From Octopus bimaculoides (taxonomy: Eukaryota), in assembly GCF_001194135.2 (NCBI RefSeq), contig NC_068994.1, positions 21,431,628-21,495,627 of the forward strand: a stretch of DNA of 64,000 nucleotides. The letters run 5' to 3'. Both the position numbers and the translations under genes were made by a program. The notes below the pieces were generated by a model. It saw only the letters and a program-made list of their open reading frames with translations, had not been told where the DNA came from and did not search any database. Each line of letters opens with the position of its first letter. Position 1 is the stretch's first letter. Positions 10,874-23,490 of the stretch are shown here, in pieces.

Positions 10874-12639
10874 TCCACGGTCTAGAGAAACTGACCACGG
10901 TGATTATTAGTGGGAGCGGCTTATATTGGAAGTCTGTCCATAGGTGGAATTTATCATGGTGGAATTTACCTATGGTGAAATTTACCTGGGGGTTTTCTGT
11001 AGTGGAATTTACCTAGAACCTAATGAACACTACTGAATAAAGACTGTATTGAGTAACTCAGCCACCTTTGCTTAAGTAACTTTATTATGACCAATCCACA
11101 AACTGATATACAAGATGTGTCATGTTTTCATCTAGTCTTCGACTACACCACATAGCATACAAGTTATGCAATATTTAATTGTGAGAACTACAGCAAAATA
11201 ATCAAGGAAGAAAGAGTGTTGGATGATTCGACAGGATCCAACAGGAGAGAGTAGCAGCCTTGTTCCAGTATCTCGGTTTTCACAAGGTTTCATCAGCTGA
11301 ATGCCCTTCTTAACATCAATCACTTTACAGAGTGTACTGGTCACATTGTTTTCATGGTACTAAGTGTTATAGAGGTTGTCTTGCCCTCAGCATGATTAAA
11401 GAGCTTTCTCACACTCTGCACTATGACAGCTCAATTTGAAGTATCAATCATAGAAGACAACCTAAATTTCTTTGTAACACAGAACAAGTATTGAATTAAC
11501 AATGTACATGTTCTTATCAAAATTACCTAAATTTATTATTGTGATAACCAAGAAAGAAAAGCTTATAACCATATAAAATGTAGCTTAAATTACTATCATG
11601 AACTATTCTGCATATGAGTACCAGTTCCAATTGGGATATCAAAGAATATTTGATGCTACAGAAAATGCTAGAAACTGAAAATATAATTTAGATGATGATT
11701 AAAATACATGAATATCTTAAAGAATAAATATTACACAGATTGGACAATTTCAAAAATATTCAAAATACTGTTCAGAATTTGCATACTTCTTTCATTATGT
11801 TACCAAGAAAATAAGTTTAATAAGAAAACCTAGTCAAATACATGTGCACTGTTACAATGAACTTGAGGCACAACCTGCATGTGTGTATGTATCAGTTAGT
11901 AGGGATCATAATGATTGTGGTCATAAGATAGGTAACTAATAAAATACTTCAAGGGAACACTATAAGATGAATTAATAGATTGACTGATTATAACAATATT
12001 CCATTCTTCTGTTACAAAATTGGAACAGTTCTGAACATAAAACAGGAACTTCACAACTCCAATTCTAGAAGTAACCTAAGTTAATTATCGCAAGCAATAA
12101 CTACAATAAAGTTAACAAGAAGGAAAGTGACAGTTCATTCCATGCTCCCCACATGTTTCTGAAGCAGAGTATTTTATGGATTACATGTGCAGTTATGTGT
12201 ATCACAAATGTGCATCACATCATCAGGCTATCAAACTGCACAGGTAACAAAATCAATTGTGCCAATATTCAATCCAGCAAAAATCAGAAGAGAAAACATC
12301 TTTAGTAAGAGTAGTAAAAAAAAAACCCAGCCAATCAAATGGCTTAGTTATAGTCCCATTCACCTGACAAGAAAAAAGGTGAGGTTATTATAATCACAAA
12401 CAGCTGAACAAAAGTTTACAGCTGCAATAACAGCTAACCTATGTCTGGCACACAAGATTATCAAATTGTGAAGTATAATCTCTCAAATTTAAGTAGAATA
12501 AAAACACTCACATACATAATGTAAAGTGTGTGTGTGTGTGCGTGCGTGCGTGCATGTGTGTGTGTGTGTGTGTAGATTTTTCTAAGTGTTTATTTAAAAA
12601 CTTTTTCGTGTATATTTACTCACACATTTTTCATCACCA

Positions 12640-14200
12640 AAGAGAACAAACACAAAAGACTTAAAAGTACAATCACCAAAATATACAACAAAACCAATAT
12701 CTCTACATACAACAGTATAAATGCTAAAGTGAAAGAGCTAGCCACTCTTCTAAATATAGAGGATCATGTCACCACCTCACCACGTTATCCCTATATCATA
12801 CTTAGGGACTTTAAACTTAACTTCCTTTCTGATCTTAAATGCAGGCTGATGAAGTCCTTTAGGAGCAAAGTAACATACTGTAAGCATATTCTTGATAAAA
12901 ACTAACATTATTAAAGATTACCTATATCCCATAGGGAATTATTAGCCATATTTTATTCTTATTATTATTACTATGAGGTTTTTTGTTCATATTACTACCT
13001 ATCTCAGGCTTTAGATGATTCTTAATGCTGTGTTTATTATAATAGAAGGTGTATTCATCATTTAAATTATCTTTTAAATTATAATTATATTTAGAATTGT
13101 TGAAAAATTTAATATTATTATTATATCCCGTCTTATGAAGCGCTTCATTATAATATGGTGCATGTTTATTGAATACCTCATAGTTGGAAGTAAGTACTGA
13201 AATTCTTTTCCCTATATTATTTACTAATGCTTTCTTAATAGAAGGTGGATGGTTACTCTTAGCATTAATATATTTCAGGTTTTCATTAATTTTATGGTAA
13301 GGTTGGGTTATACCTGTTATTAAGTTAAAATTTATATCTAAGTAGTTGACATTGCTATATTCGTTATAAATTGTAATCCTAAGCCCATTTCTTTTAAAGA
13401 AACTCTATATTTTCTTCTTATATATTTCTAATGTTCTATTCGTGCTATTTTTCGTCATTAGCAGGAGATCATCTCTGTATAATCCACCCTCTAATTGGAG
13501 TTCTGCTAATCAATAAATTCCTACTAGGTCTGTAACCTGAGCAGAATCTGGTGCTCCCATAGGGATATCAAAAAAATCCCTGGTATCTTTTCTAGCCCAC
13601 AATTTATTATTATACCTAATAAACGATTTTCTAGCCATTTTTACTACCTTAACTTCATCTTTAGTCATTCCCACCTTATTCATAGCATATATTAAGGCCT
13701 TATTAAGTACAATTTCATTAATAGATGAATAATAATCCTCTATGTCTATTTGGATAAATTTGTAACTACTACTGTCTTTAATATCTTTAAACCATTTTAA
13801 AGTATTATTTATGCTAGTCCAGAGTTTCAGGTAATTTAGATTTTAGTTTATCAATATATTTGTCTAAAATTAACTTAATTTCCCTAAATCTGATTTACTG
13901 GGAACATAAATCAAAAAGAATAGAATACAAGTTAAAATGGGAAATAGTTTGCAAGGCTAAATCATATACGATAGGGAATAAATTCTGCTTATTATGTACT
14001 AATGAATTTAAAGAGATATTATTAGCTAATAAAAAATTGATTAACTCCCACGATGAACGTAATATTATATGCAGACATAAATTAAATTATTTACATAATA
14101 AGTTTAGATAACTAATTTATTTATTTAAACCTAGGATAAGGTACCAATTTATAGTTATGATCAGTAGCGTTAAATACATCAAATTAACTTCAGAATACAC
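12640..14200. mobile_element. Rearranged Penelope-like element: RT N-part (+, 12640-12910), RT core (-, about 12911-13860), GIY-YIG C-terminus and 3' UTR (+, 13860-14200)
   Basis: Plus: LLNIEDH..PYIILRDFKLNF..KCRL. Minus: FIQIDIEDYYSSI, PMGAPDSAQVTDLVG, GGLYRDD, YINAKSNHPPSIKK. Plus: LKWEIVCKAKSY..FCLLC..E..CRHK. Confidence 0.85.
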
Positions 14201-14911
14201 TTTAATCATCACAATATTATACAAAATTAGAACATATAACTACCTTTGACTATAAAGCATTCAATGATAATATGAGCAGTCTTTTACAATGTCTCATAGC
14301 ATTATTTACGTAATATATAATTTTCGTATGTGGTATAGTTATTATTCTGCGTAAATCTGAGAGTTTTAACTCTTTTACTATTTTTAATACTCAATAAACT
14401 TTTTATTTTAGGTAGATTTTCTTTTACGATATCTTCGTTATTATTTTAGTAATTATAATACACATTTACCTCTGGGTAATAGACGCCATATTTATCACGT
14501 GACCTTTCAGTATAAATTCTATAGTACACTCATTTTGGTTTAATCTACAGTAACTCACCGGCAGATAAGTCATATTTTCTTATTTTAATTTTATAAACAA
14601 TATTGACATACGTCTTTTATTAACTTTATACACTAACACATTTTTTTACTATTATTTACTTCTTCCATAATGATTTAACCTTGTTCACTATAATACTCTT
14701 TTTCAATATTTTTAGATTGTAACTCTTAATAATTATATTAATACTGTTAACGTAGGGATTAGTTTACAGGCTTTGTCTCTTTATATATATTTTTATTTCT
14801 CATGTTTATGTTTATTCCTTGAATGATTTTAGGTATTTATTTTTAGGAATTTGACCTGAACAGTGACTGATTTTGGGAGTAAAATCATTTCCCCATTCTA
14901 ATGAACTTGAA
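14200..14911 (-). mobile_element. Probable Penelope-like element N-terminal ORF remnant; 14540-14911 nearly identical to 31022-31380
   Basis: About 370 bp of direct sequence similarity between the two loci, both next to Penelope RT remnants; residual frame SSLE(W/R)GNDFTPKISH. Confidence 0.55.
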
Positions 14912-15099
14912 NNNNNNNNNNNNNNNNNNNNNNNNNNNNNNNNNNNNNNNNNNNNNNNNNNNNNNNNNNNNNNNNNNNNNNNNNNNNNNNNNNNNNNNNN
15001 NNNNNNNNNNNTATATATATACATATATATATATACATATATATATACATATATATATAATGAGCGAGGGGGAGGTGATTGATTGACAGATAGATAGAT

Positions 15100-16372
15100 A
15101 GATATGAATGCTTTGGTTGAACCTTGTAAATTTACCAATCGTTTCTATGGCTTGATTGTTGAATAGGGGCATTACTGTGCTTCGTAGCTTTTCCACATAG
15201 AGAGGAGAGAGATGGGTGAAGAGAGAAGAATTGTGTCCATATACTCAATTTTTCTACCTGGAATGATGGAAGGTAATACTAACGTCGGTCCGATTTGAAC
15301 TCAGACTACATAGGTGACGAAATGTATATCGCACAGCGTAGGTTCCAACGCTCGGACGAATTTACGTATTGCTGTGTGTGTGTGTATGTACGTATATGAA
15401 AATGTACGTGTGTATATGTGTGCAAGCTTATAAATATGCACTATATGCGTGTATCTATATGTATTCGTATGTATATATAGAGACACAAGCACACATATAT
15501 GGCGAGACAGACAGATGCATACATACAATACATACACGCAGTTAGATACTAAGTTATAGCCATATACATATTTTATATACCTAAATATTTTTAATACAAC
15601 GTACACACATTTTTATCCGTATATCTGAGGTTTGATCGTTATGTTACGGATTATAGCTGTACATCCAAGACATTTACGTATGTTCATACAATACGAACTA
15701 GATACACACACTTACTCATCTATACGTACGTTTAATTCATAAATGTATCGTGTATACACAGATATATACATATATGTGTATATATATATGTGTGTGTGTG
15801 TGTGTATGTATCCCCCACACACATATATAGCTACATCTAATAAATTAATACATACATATACACACCCACTGATACATTTATACATGAACATTTTACATTA
15901 AATATATCTGAAAGTCTGTCTATCTTTCTCGCTGTTCTCTCCCTTACCATTAACAGAAATGATGGTAGTCGTAAGATTAGTAGTAATAATGTTGAACAAT
16001 CAATCAATCAATAAATAAATAAAGGTAACGATAGCAATAATTAGACTGAAATTTGTGTGGCTAGATGATCTGCAACGATATATTTATAATGGAAGCTAAA
16101 ATATAGAAAAGCAACATCATTAACAATTGATCATACGTTACACATAATATCATCCAACGGGTCACCATAAACGTCTTTTTTTTTTTCTTTCTTACTTCTC
16201 TTTTCTTTTACCGCAGTCACTTCATCACCACCTTAATTTTTATCGTTCTTTGAGATTAGATAGATAGATGGATGGATAGATAGATAGATGCATACATACA
16301 CACATACGTGACACTTGAACAAAAATATTGGATTTTCTTCAAAGATATATATATATAAATATATATATATAT

Positions 16373-16422
<50 letters not shown>

Positions 16423-18062
16423 GAATTTTACCGCACCTCTTGTTTCTTTCCTCCTTGCTTGGTTGTGTTGCGTAGAGAGCCTATGTCCTGCTGGTTTGTT
16501 CTAGTGATATTCCTGTTCTTTCTCTCAATGTCTTACTCTTTTCTTTCTCCCCCTCTTTCTTCCTGTGTCTCTTTTTTTTTATTTTTCCCCCTCGTTGTAT
16601 CTCTCTCTCTCTCTCTTTCTCTTTTCCACCTCCAGCAGTATTATGGCTTTATTACACGGCCTCCCTGACGATATTGAGACTATTCTCTATAGCCACCCCC
16701 CTGCTACTGATGATGCTGCTGATAAATTTTACACATATTGCAGTATTTGTGTTGCTGATGTTGCTACTGCTGCTGCAGATGCTGTTCTTACAATTTGCTA
16801 CTTTCACTGCTGCTACTACATCTACTCCGGCTACCAACAGCTAAGGGCTGATGGGTACTAACGTCTGAACGAGACTTATTCTGCAGTCATTAACATTTGT
16901 CATATGTATCTAGTTGTAGAATTGAGTGTTAATCTGTGTGTTAAATGTGCATAATAACTTGTCTGCCTGTATGTATACTTCTATTCCTCTGTGTATTTAT
17001 AAATGCTTATTCGGTGAGCAATTTTTACAAATTGAGATTCAACACACATATGTATGTGTGGTTGTATGCATGGATGTATGAATGATTTTGTTTGCAAATA
17101 TGTGACTAAAACTCATTATGTATGTGTGAATATACATGAGAATGTTTGTACATACACATATATATGTATGTGTGTTTGTGTGCGAATGTGATTACAAAAT
17201 ACACCAAATGTCACTGATTATCATTTGAACGAGATTTCACATGACACGTACAAAGATTTCAAATTGGTCTTCCTATGTGTTGTGGATGCGTGACGATAAT
17301 TTATGTATTTTCGTACGTTTGTCTACCTGTATGAGCATATGCATATTTTACGACTTTTTATATTCCCTGCTGTTGTATGTATATACCCATACATATGTAA
17401 TTTATAATTACGTAGAAGGACTAATATTTTTTTTTAATGTCTAAGTTATGATGAATATGTGTGTGGTGTTAAAGCAGCATTTACACGTATGTATCTTAAT
17501 TTCTAGGGTTGTTGCGTGGACGTGAATAAACTCAACTGTGTGTATGTGTTATATGTGAAAAATGTCTTCGTTTTCTTCCATCAGTGTGCATGAATGGTAT
17601 GTGCTATTGATTGCGTGCGAGTATTGATTCATGAATGTATGCGAGGTGTTAGTGACAGCGCAAAAAGTAGAGGCCCGGCCTAAAACCCATATGGGTGTTT
17701 AGTTATTTCCTTAGGTCGTCTAAGACTTTTATTACTCCCTTGTCTCTATTAACTACATCTTTCTTTTTCTCTCTAGTTAAAAGAAATCGTTAAACAAGAG
17801 AAATGTGAGCAATATTGTAAGGGTGATAAAAAGTCCGTGTGCGTAATACAGAGTGAATGTATATCGTATTATTATGTTGGAATTTTCAGTAGCATTACAT
17901 GATAGAATGATTGTAATTTATGCCTGTAGCTCTACATAACTGTCAGTATAATTTATGTGTAGGGGGATGTAGTAGTAGTATCAATAATTATTAGAGATAT
18001 TTATAATTATTTTAGTATCTATTATATTGTATATGAAAACATACACGCGCATATACACACTC

Positions 18063-18142
<80 letters not shown>

Positions 18143-18183
18143 AACATGTATGTATGTGATGTGTGTTTGTGTCTATCTATCTA

Positions 18184-18251
<68 letters not shown>

Positions 18252-18500
18252 TATGGGTTCACAATGGTTTGAATGGCATTTGAGTGAGAAAATGTACACT
18301 GTACTTTAGATAGAGTAGAATATTATTTAACGAACACTTTGGTGTGCTGCTACTCTGAGTTTCTCGCTTCGCTTGAGAACAGGACACGAGATTCTGAATA
18401 GCAACCAATGTAGACGGTGCATCGATAAAAAAAATATGTATGTGTGTATATGACTCAAGATTAGCTTAAATTAGTTTTCACTTCAGAAAAAGGAGACAAA
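15100..18500 (-). promoter_or_regulatory. TE-poor, CpG-retaining block; candidate CPEB promoter or non-coding exon(s)
   Basis: By eye, frequent CG dinucleotides and few transposon remnants; candidate minus-strand donors with the GT beginning at 16536, 16431 and 16195. Not verified by transcripts. Confidence 0.35.
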
Positions 18501-19852
18501 ACGAGAAAATAACAGATGAGATAGGAAAAGAGAAAGTGGTTAAAAAGTTCACTTCGCACCCATGTTTCAGGTTCGATCCGTCTGTAAATGATCAACAGGT
18601 GCTGGTGTAGCCTTATCTCTCCAGCTGTCACAGTCTCGATGTTCTGCTGGGTCAGTTGTGGGAGGCAAAGTATGTGTCTATATCTGCTTGAAACTACAGC
18701 CATCTAAAACAACGACAACGTGGTATAAGCTAATAAGTCAAACTTGCTTTCAAATGATAGCTATGTTTACATACACACTCATACACATTTTATGTCCACT
18801 TTTTATGAATAGATTGCATAGGTCGCCATGGTTGGTATCCGCATATATTTAGGTATACTGCTCGCCAAGATCAGAAGACCTCGTTTCACCCATGTTTAAT
18901 CTTTGACTTGGTTTCTGTGACCAGATACCCTTCCTAACACCAACTACTTTACAGTGTATGGAACCAGCACTACAAGTGTCATGTCCTTGACAAAACTAAA
19001 GTCTCTTAACCCACCTTGGAATTTGCATTGTGTACTAGGCAAAGTATTTGTTTTACCAGTCACATCCTTGACATGACTAAAGGTACCTCACAACCCCATA
19101 TCTCTACTTGCCAGCCTCTTTGTAGAATGAGAAACAAAAGATAGAGAGGGCTCTATGGTAGGGGTGAGTGGTGGGAGTACTCAGTATTCTGAGATAGGTA
19201 CATATAGTCAAGACAACATAACTTCTGTTCCTTTCATGCATCCATTCTGACCTTACTGCTGTCATCACACTCTCTTATTCTTTCCTTTGTCACATCATAT
19301 GAGCAAAAGTAAACATCTTAAGATACTGCATACTCTCTACCCTACTGTGCTGATGCAATAACAAAAGCTACCTTTCCTGATGCTCGCTCTTGAATGGTTG
19401 GTAAGGCAGAAGAAAATGTGGGTTGGGAGCTCTGTTTAGCTCTGTCTTACCAAGGACTTCACAATCTCTTTAATGTTGATGTCAAAAAAAAAATTGTCCA
19501 TAGAAAAGTAGCCAGAATGACATACAAATGTCAATGGCTTCCAATAAGAAGTGAAATGTCTGTGACAACCCACCCAACTCATGCTAGCAAAGAAATCAGA
19601 CATAAGAAGCTATTGATCATTGCACCCATTACCCCACTTCACATTGTACCCTACTACTGTCCCTTATCACCTCCTCTTCTCTGACTACTATTTCCAATAC
19701 ATCCTTCCCCCAAACTGATATGCACTGTGTTCACCTCAGTTCCCATCTCTAATCATCTGCCACACTTTTTTCATATTCAAGCACATTTATCTATCCACCC
19801 ACCCTTTCTGTTCCTCTCTTTATTCTCTCATATTTACCATGTACCTTGAGGG

Positions 19853-19883
<31 letters not shown>

Positions 19884-20226
19884 CCATCCTCCCCCTTTCT
19901 CCAGTTGAGGAAGCTGTATGCTCACTTCTTCAGGAAGACACCTGTTCCTTTCCCTCTATTCCATTACATTTTCAAGAAAAGAGATCTTTGATGCCAAGAC
20001 CTCATTCTACAATGAGACCATGGCTGTTTGCAGTTTCAAAGACAGGATAAGTTATATGCCTGGCCCTAGCACATCAAGAGAAAATGCCAACAAAGTTTAT
20101 ATTGTTCACTTGCCCATTTTCTCTTAATGATAAAATTTGTGTACATAGGATGTTAGTTTAGTGGATAAGCATTTTCCACAGGCACATAAGTATAGAAAAA
20201 TTTTTATAGGCATAATTTGAGTCTCT

Positions 20227-20374
20227 TTTAGTTGTGCACCTGGTATAAAAAAGAGTTTAGTTGTGCACCTGGTATAAAAAAGAGTTTAGTTGTGCACCTG
20301 GTATAAAAAAGAGTTTAGTTGTGCACCTGATATAAAAAAGAGTTTAGTTGTGCAGCTGGTATAAAAAAGAGTTT
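20227..20374 (+). repeat. Minisatellite, 5 copies of 29 bp (TTTAGTTGTGCACCTGGTATAAAAAAGAG)
   Basis: Five adjacent near-identical units with no spacers. Confidence 0.95.
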
Positions 20375-20399
20375 CAGTAGATAGGCTCAAACCTTCTAC

Positions 20400-20760
20400 A
20401 GATGCAAGTTGTTCATGCAGAGGAATCTCCACGTGCCCACTAAACAGTCAGTGCAATACAAAAAGTACCATGTATGAAGTGGAGGTAGTCTCAAAGAACT
20501 GCAATAGAGTAATGAATATATGGAAATATATTGGCACAACAGAAGGCATCATTAGATATCCAGGAGATGGATATTTAAATAAAACTTTGCACAATATAAT
20601 ATCAAGTGAAGATTGCTAGAAAAGTATTGACCTTGCTTCAACAGCAGTAGGAGGTGCAGATTCTGTTTAACAGTGAAAATGATCATATTGAAGAACACCG
20701 TCCATGCAGAACCTATCGGGACTTTAAAAGTTAAATTTTTTCCTCTTGCCCTCATGAACG
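20400..20760 (+). mobile_element. Penelope-like GIY-YIG fragment
   Basis: CSCRGISTCPLNSQC, KYIGTTEG, NSSRRCRFCL. Confidence 0.75.
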
Positions 20761-21274
20761 CAAATATATTTTAGCCAACTAGTTGCATATAAGGGCAGGC
20801 CCTTAATGCATTGCCACTTTCCTCACAATAAATGAGAAGTCAATATTTTCTCACAATACCCAACATTTATATATATGTGCTTATAACACAATCAAACACA
20901 TTTTAAAAATTATAAGCCATCTCTTTCCCATCCCGCACCCAAATCTCTCCCCCATGCCTCCATCCCTCTTTTTCTTTATCACCCACCTCCCCCGTAACAC
21001 CTCTCATCAATCAAGTATTAAATGTGTGTGTGTATATATATATATATATATCTAGAGAGAGAGAGAGATTTTTTTACTTAAGTCATTAGACTGCAGCCAT
21101 GCCGAGACACCATCTTGAAGAATTTTAATGAAGCAAATCGACTTCGGAACTATATGGTTTGGAAGCAAATTTCTTACTTCAAAGCCATGCCTGTGCCTCT
21201 GGATAAGTATCTTATTATAAATATAGTATATAAATATGTATATATATCTATCTATTTACATCAATATATATATA

Positions 21275-21587
21275 GTGAGGGCATGTAGCTTAGTGATTAG
21301 GGTATTTGGTTCATAGTCATAAGGTCATGAGTTTGATTCCCAGCAGTGCATTGTGTCCTTGGGTAAGACACTTTATTTCATGTTGCTCCAGTCTACACAG
21401 CTGGAAAAAAATGAGTAGGAGCTGTATTTCATAGGGCCAACCTTATCACATTCTGCATCACACTGAATCTATTTAGGATACATGTGTCTGAACTGTTCAA
21501 CCATTTGCATGTTAATTTCATGAGCAAACTAATCTGTTGATTGAATTAACTAGAACCCTCATCATCACAACCAATGGAGTGCCAGTT
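21275..21587 (+). mobile_element. tRNA-derived SINE, second family
   Basis: Degenerate A/B boxes (TAGCTTAGTGATT; AGTTTGATTCCC) followed by GTGTCCTTGGGTAAGACACTTTATT. Confidence 0.65.
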
Positions 21588-21603
21588 AAGTTATATATAT
21601 ATA

Positions 21604-22200
21604 CAGGGTGGGGCAGAGAGGAGAGATGTTTTTGAAAAATTCACAAAATCATTAATTTTAGCTACAAACAAATTCTATTGACATTAATGTGTTCATACTG
21701 AATTTGCATTTGTCAAGATCAAGTGTCGAAAACAACATTCATCATATGGTGTCCGTTTTCATTGATGCGCTTTTGAAGGCGTTCTTGGAAGTTGGCCTCC
21801 ACTCTCTCCAGCATTGCTCTGTGCATAGTCCCATGGTTTCAACTGTTGTCCAATGACCAATTTGTATGGGTGGAAATGCAGGTCTTCATTCAAAATACAC
21901 CTTACCGATCGATTACTGATGCCAAGTTTAGTGGAATGCCTATGAGCAGAGCAATTTGGACTACGTCTGATGCGTTCCACATTTTCCGGGGTCCGTACCA
22001 TTTGTGGCACCCCCCACTGGTCTCCTATTCATTAGTGTACATCGTGTATGAACTGCATTCACCCAACGTAAGATTGTGTTAAGGGTAAGAACAGCCTGAT
22101 TTCAATGAATATTGAAGTGGCGCTGAAACTCATGCTGAACTGCTGTGACAGACTTATCATTTTTCACATAACAGCCATAGTCAGACATGCAATACTGTAT
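21604..22200 (-). mobile_element. Internally deleted Tc1/mariner element (DUF4817-type N-terminus joined to extreme C-terminus)
   Basis: SVTAVQHEFQRHFNIH, RTPENVERIRRSP..S.RSVRCILNEDLHFHPYK, then FQERLQKRINENGHH; TA-CAGGGTG terminus at 21602-21610. Confidence 0.82.
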
Positions 22201-22329
22201 CATCCACAGCACCATGGCTTCACCTGAAAAGAGAAAAAAATGCTAAGACACCACAGACCAAATGGTACCTGTCGGATATATGTCCCTCCCCCTGGGGCTG
22301 AGTAATAGTCATTTCAAAAACGTCTGTCC

Positions 22330-23222
22330 ACTCTGTCACAGCCTGTACACCTAGAACCACACTAATAGATTGAGAGTGAAATTTAGAATTTCTCAGTTTT
22401 CTGTGAATCGATTTTGATAAAACTTTTCCCAGCTGGTTTGCACAATATAGCAATACCATCATTATGTTTTCATTATTCTGCGTAACATCCTTCTTTTTTA
22501 TTTCAGATTCTTTCAGTTTTTGAGTGAACCATGCTAATAGTGTCTCTCCTCTCTAAGCAATGGGATGTGGAAAAGGCCCTAATGATGAAGAAAAGCCTGT
22601 CATCATCAAGGAAAGTGCTAAAGGCACTTCTCTTCATGTCATTGCAGAGAAGTTAGGTTGTCATTTGCACATGGTTGGACAATTCCTGAAGGACCCTTTG
22701 CCAAGGAAGAAACGATCCAATTGTGGGACCTCCAAGACTGTGACTACGGATTTAAGGAATATTGGCTGCAACTTATGTGGGAAACCTGGACAAACAAGCA
22801 AAGCTATTTTCATTGCCTCCAGACTTCTTCATGTACTGAAAACCACCAGAAATCCTCAGGGCTATGGCTTCCATGTGAGAACCCCTGAAGCTACCTCCTT
22901 TAATGCCCTGTCATGGGAGTTTGAGGCTTCAATGGGCCCAAAAGTACATGATGTTAAACATGAGTTGTGTTCTGTTCACTGACAAAACCAGGGCGACTCT
23001 TCACGGACCTGACAGATGGGAAAATGGTTGAGTCTATTTTGGAGATAACCATCACCAATGTTTACGATGTCAACAACAGAGTGGAGGAGTTATGTTGTGG
23101 GCTGGTATCATTATGGAGAAAGCTGTTGGACCAGTCAGGGTACTTGAAGGGGTTAAAGTGACCGCAGCCACTTACTGCAATCTCCTGAAAGGGGTCTTGG
23201 ATCCCTGACTAGATGACTTACT
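22330..23222 (+). mobile_element. Decayed Tc1-like transposase (HTH and first catalytic Asp), 3'-truncated
   Basis: MGCGK..EEK..I...IAEKL, RKKRSNCG, PGQTSKAIF, VLFTD.TRATLHGPD, GGVMLWAGI. Confidence 0.85.
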
Positions 23223-23490
23223 GCAAGAGAGGTGCAAGAACATTTCTGGTATCAGGATGAACATTGGAGTGTCTCTGCAAAAGATGCTGCATAACAACAA
23301 CAACCTGATCAGAAGCTTCAAGACTGTACTTGAAAAAATTCCACCTGACTCCCTGAATTACAAAGTAGTTATCAGATCAGACAAGAAACCATCTGGTCAA
23401 CATGGAGGGAGGTTTAATGCGCCAACAAGAAATGAAATACCTGTACTTCTAGTTGGGCAAGAACATGACAAGCGTGACATTGTCCTCCAT
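23223..23490 (+). mobile_element. Helitron RepHel fragment
   Basis: LQKMLHNNN.LIRSFK, YKVVIRSDKKPSGQHGGRFNAPTRNEI..LLVGQ...KRDIVL. Confidence 0.8.

Larger units (their letters stand above)
9578..11020. mobile_element. Non-autonomous Mutator/foldback-like DNA element: about 75-100-bp TIRs built of 14-16-bp GGTAAATT(C/T)CACCA units, imperfect 9-bp TSD, retroelement cargo
   Basis: Left arm 9578-9674 and right arm 10941-11020 are inverted and share an identical 33-mer (CCAGGTAAATTTCACCATAGGTAAATTCCACCA). Flanks are AAATGAACA (9569-9577) and TAATGAACA (11021-11029). Confidence 0.72.

Noticed and set aside
12846-12870. Hammerhead-like CTGATGA-AGTCC-TTTA-GGAG-CAAA
   Set aside because: No GAAA or proper stem II closure, and it lies within Penelope RT coding sequence (CRLMKS).
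16652-16837. 61-aa S/N-rich minus-strand ORF as a CPEB coding exon
   Set aside because: No ATG at the called start, it ends in a stop before any donor, and it has no recognisable motif.
20227-20374. CRISPR-like 29-bp repeats
   Set aside because: Units are contiguous with no spacers, there are no cas genes, and the context is eukaryotic.
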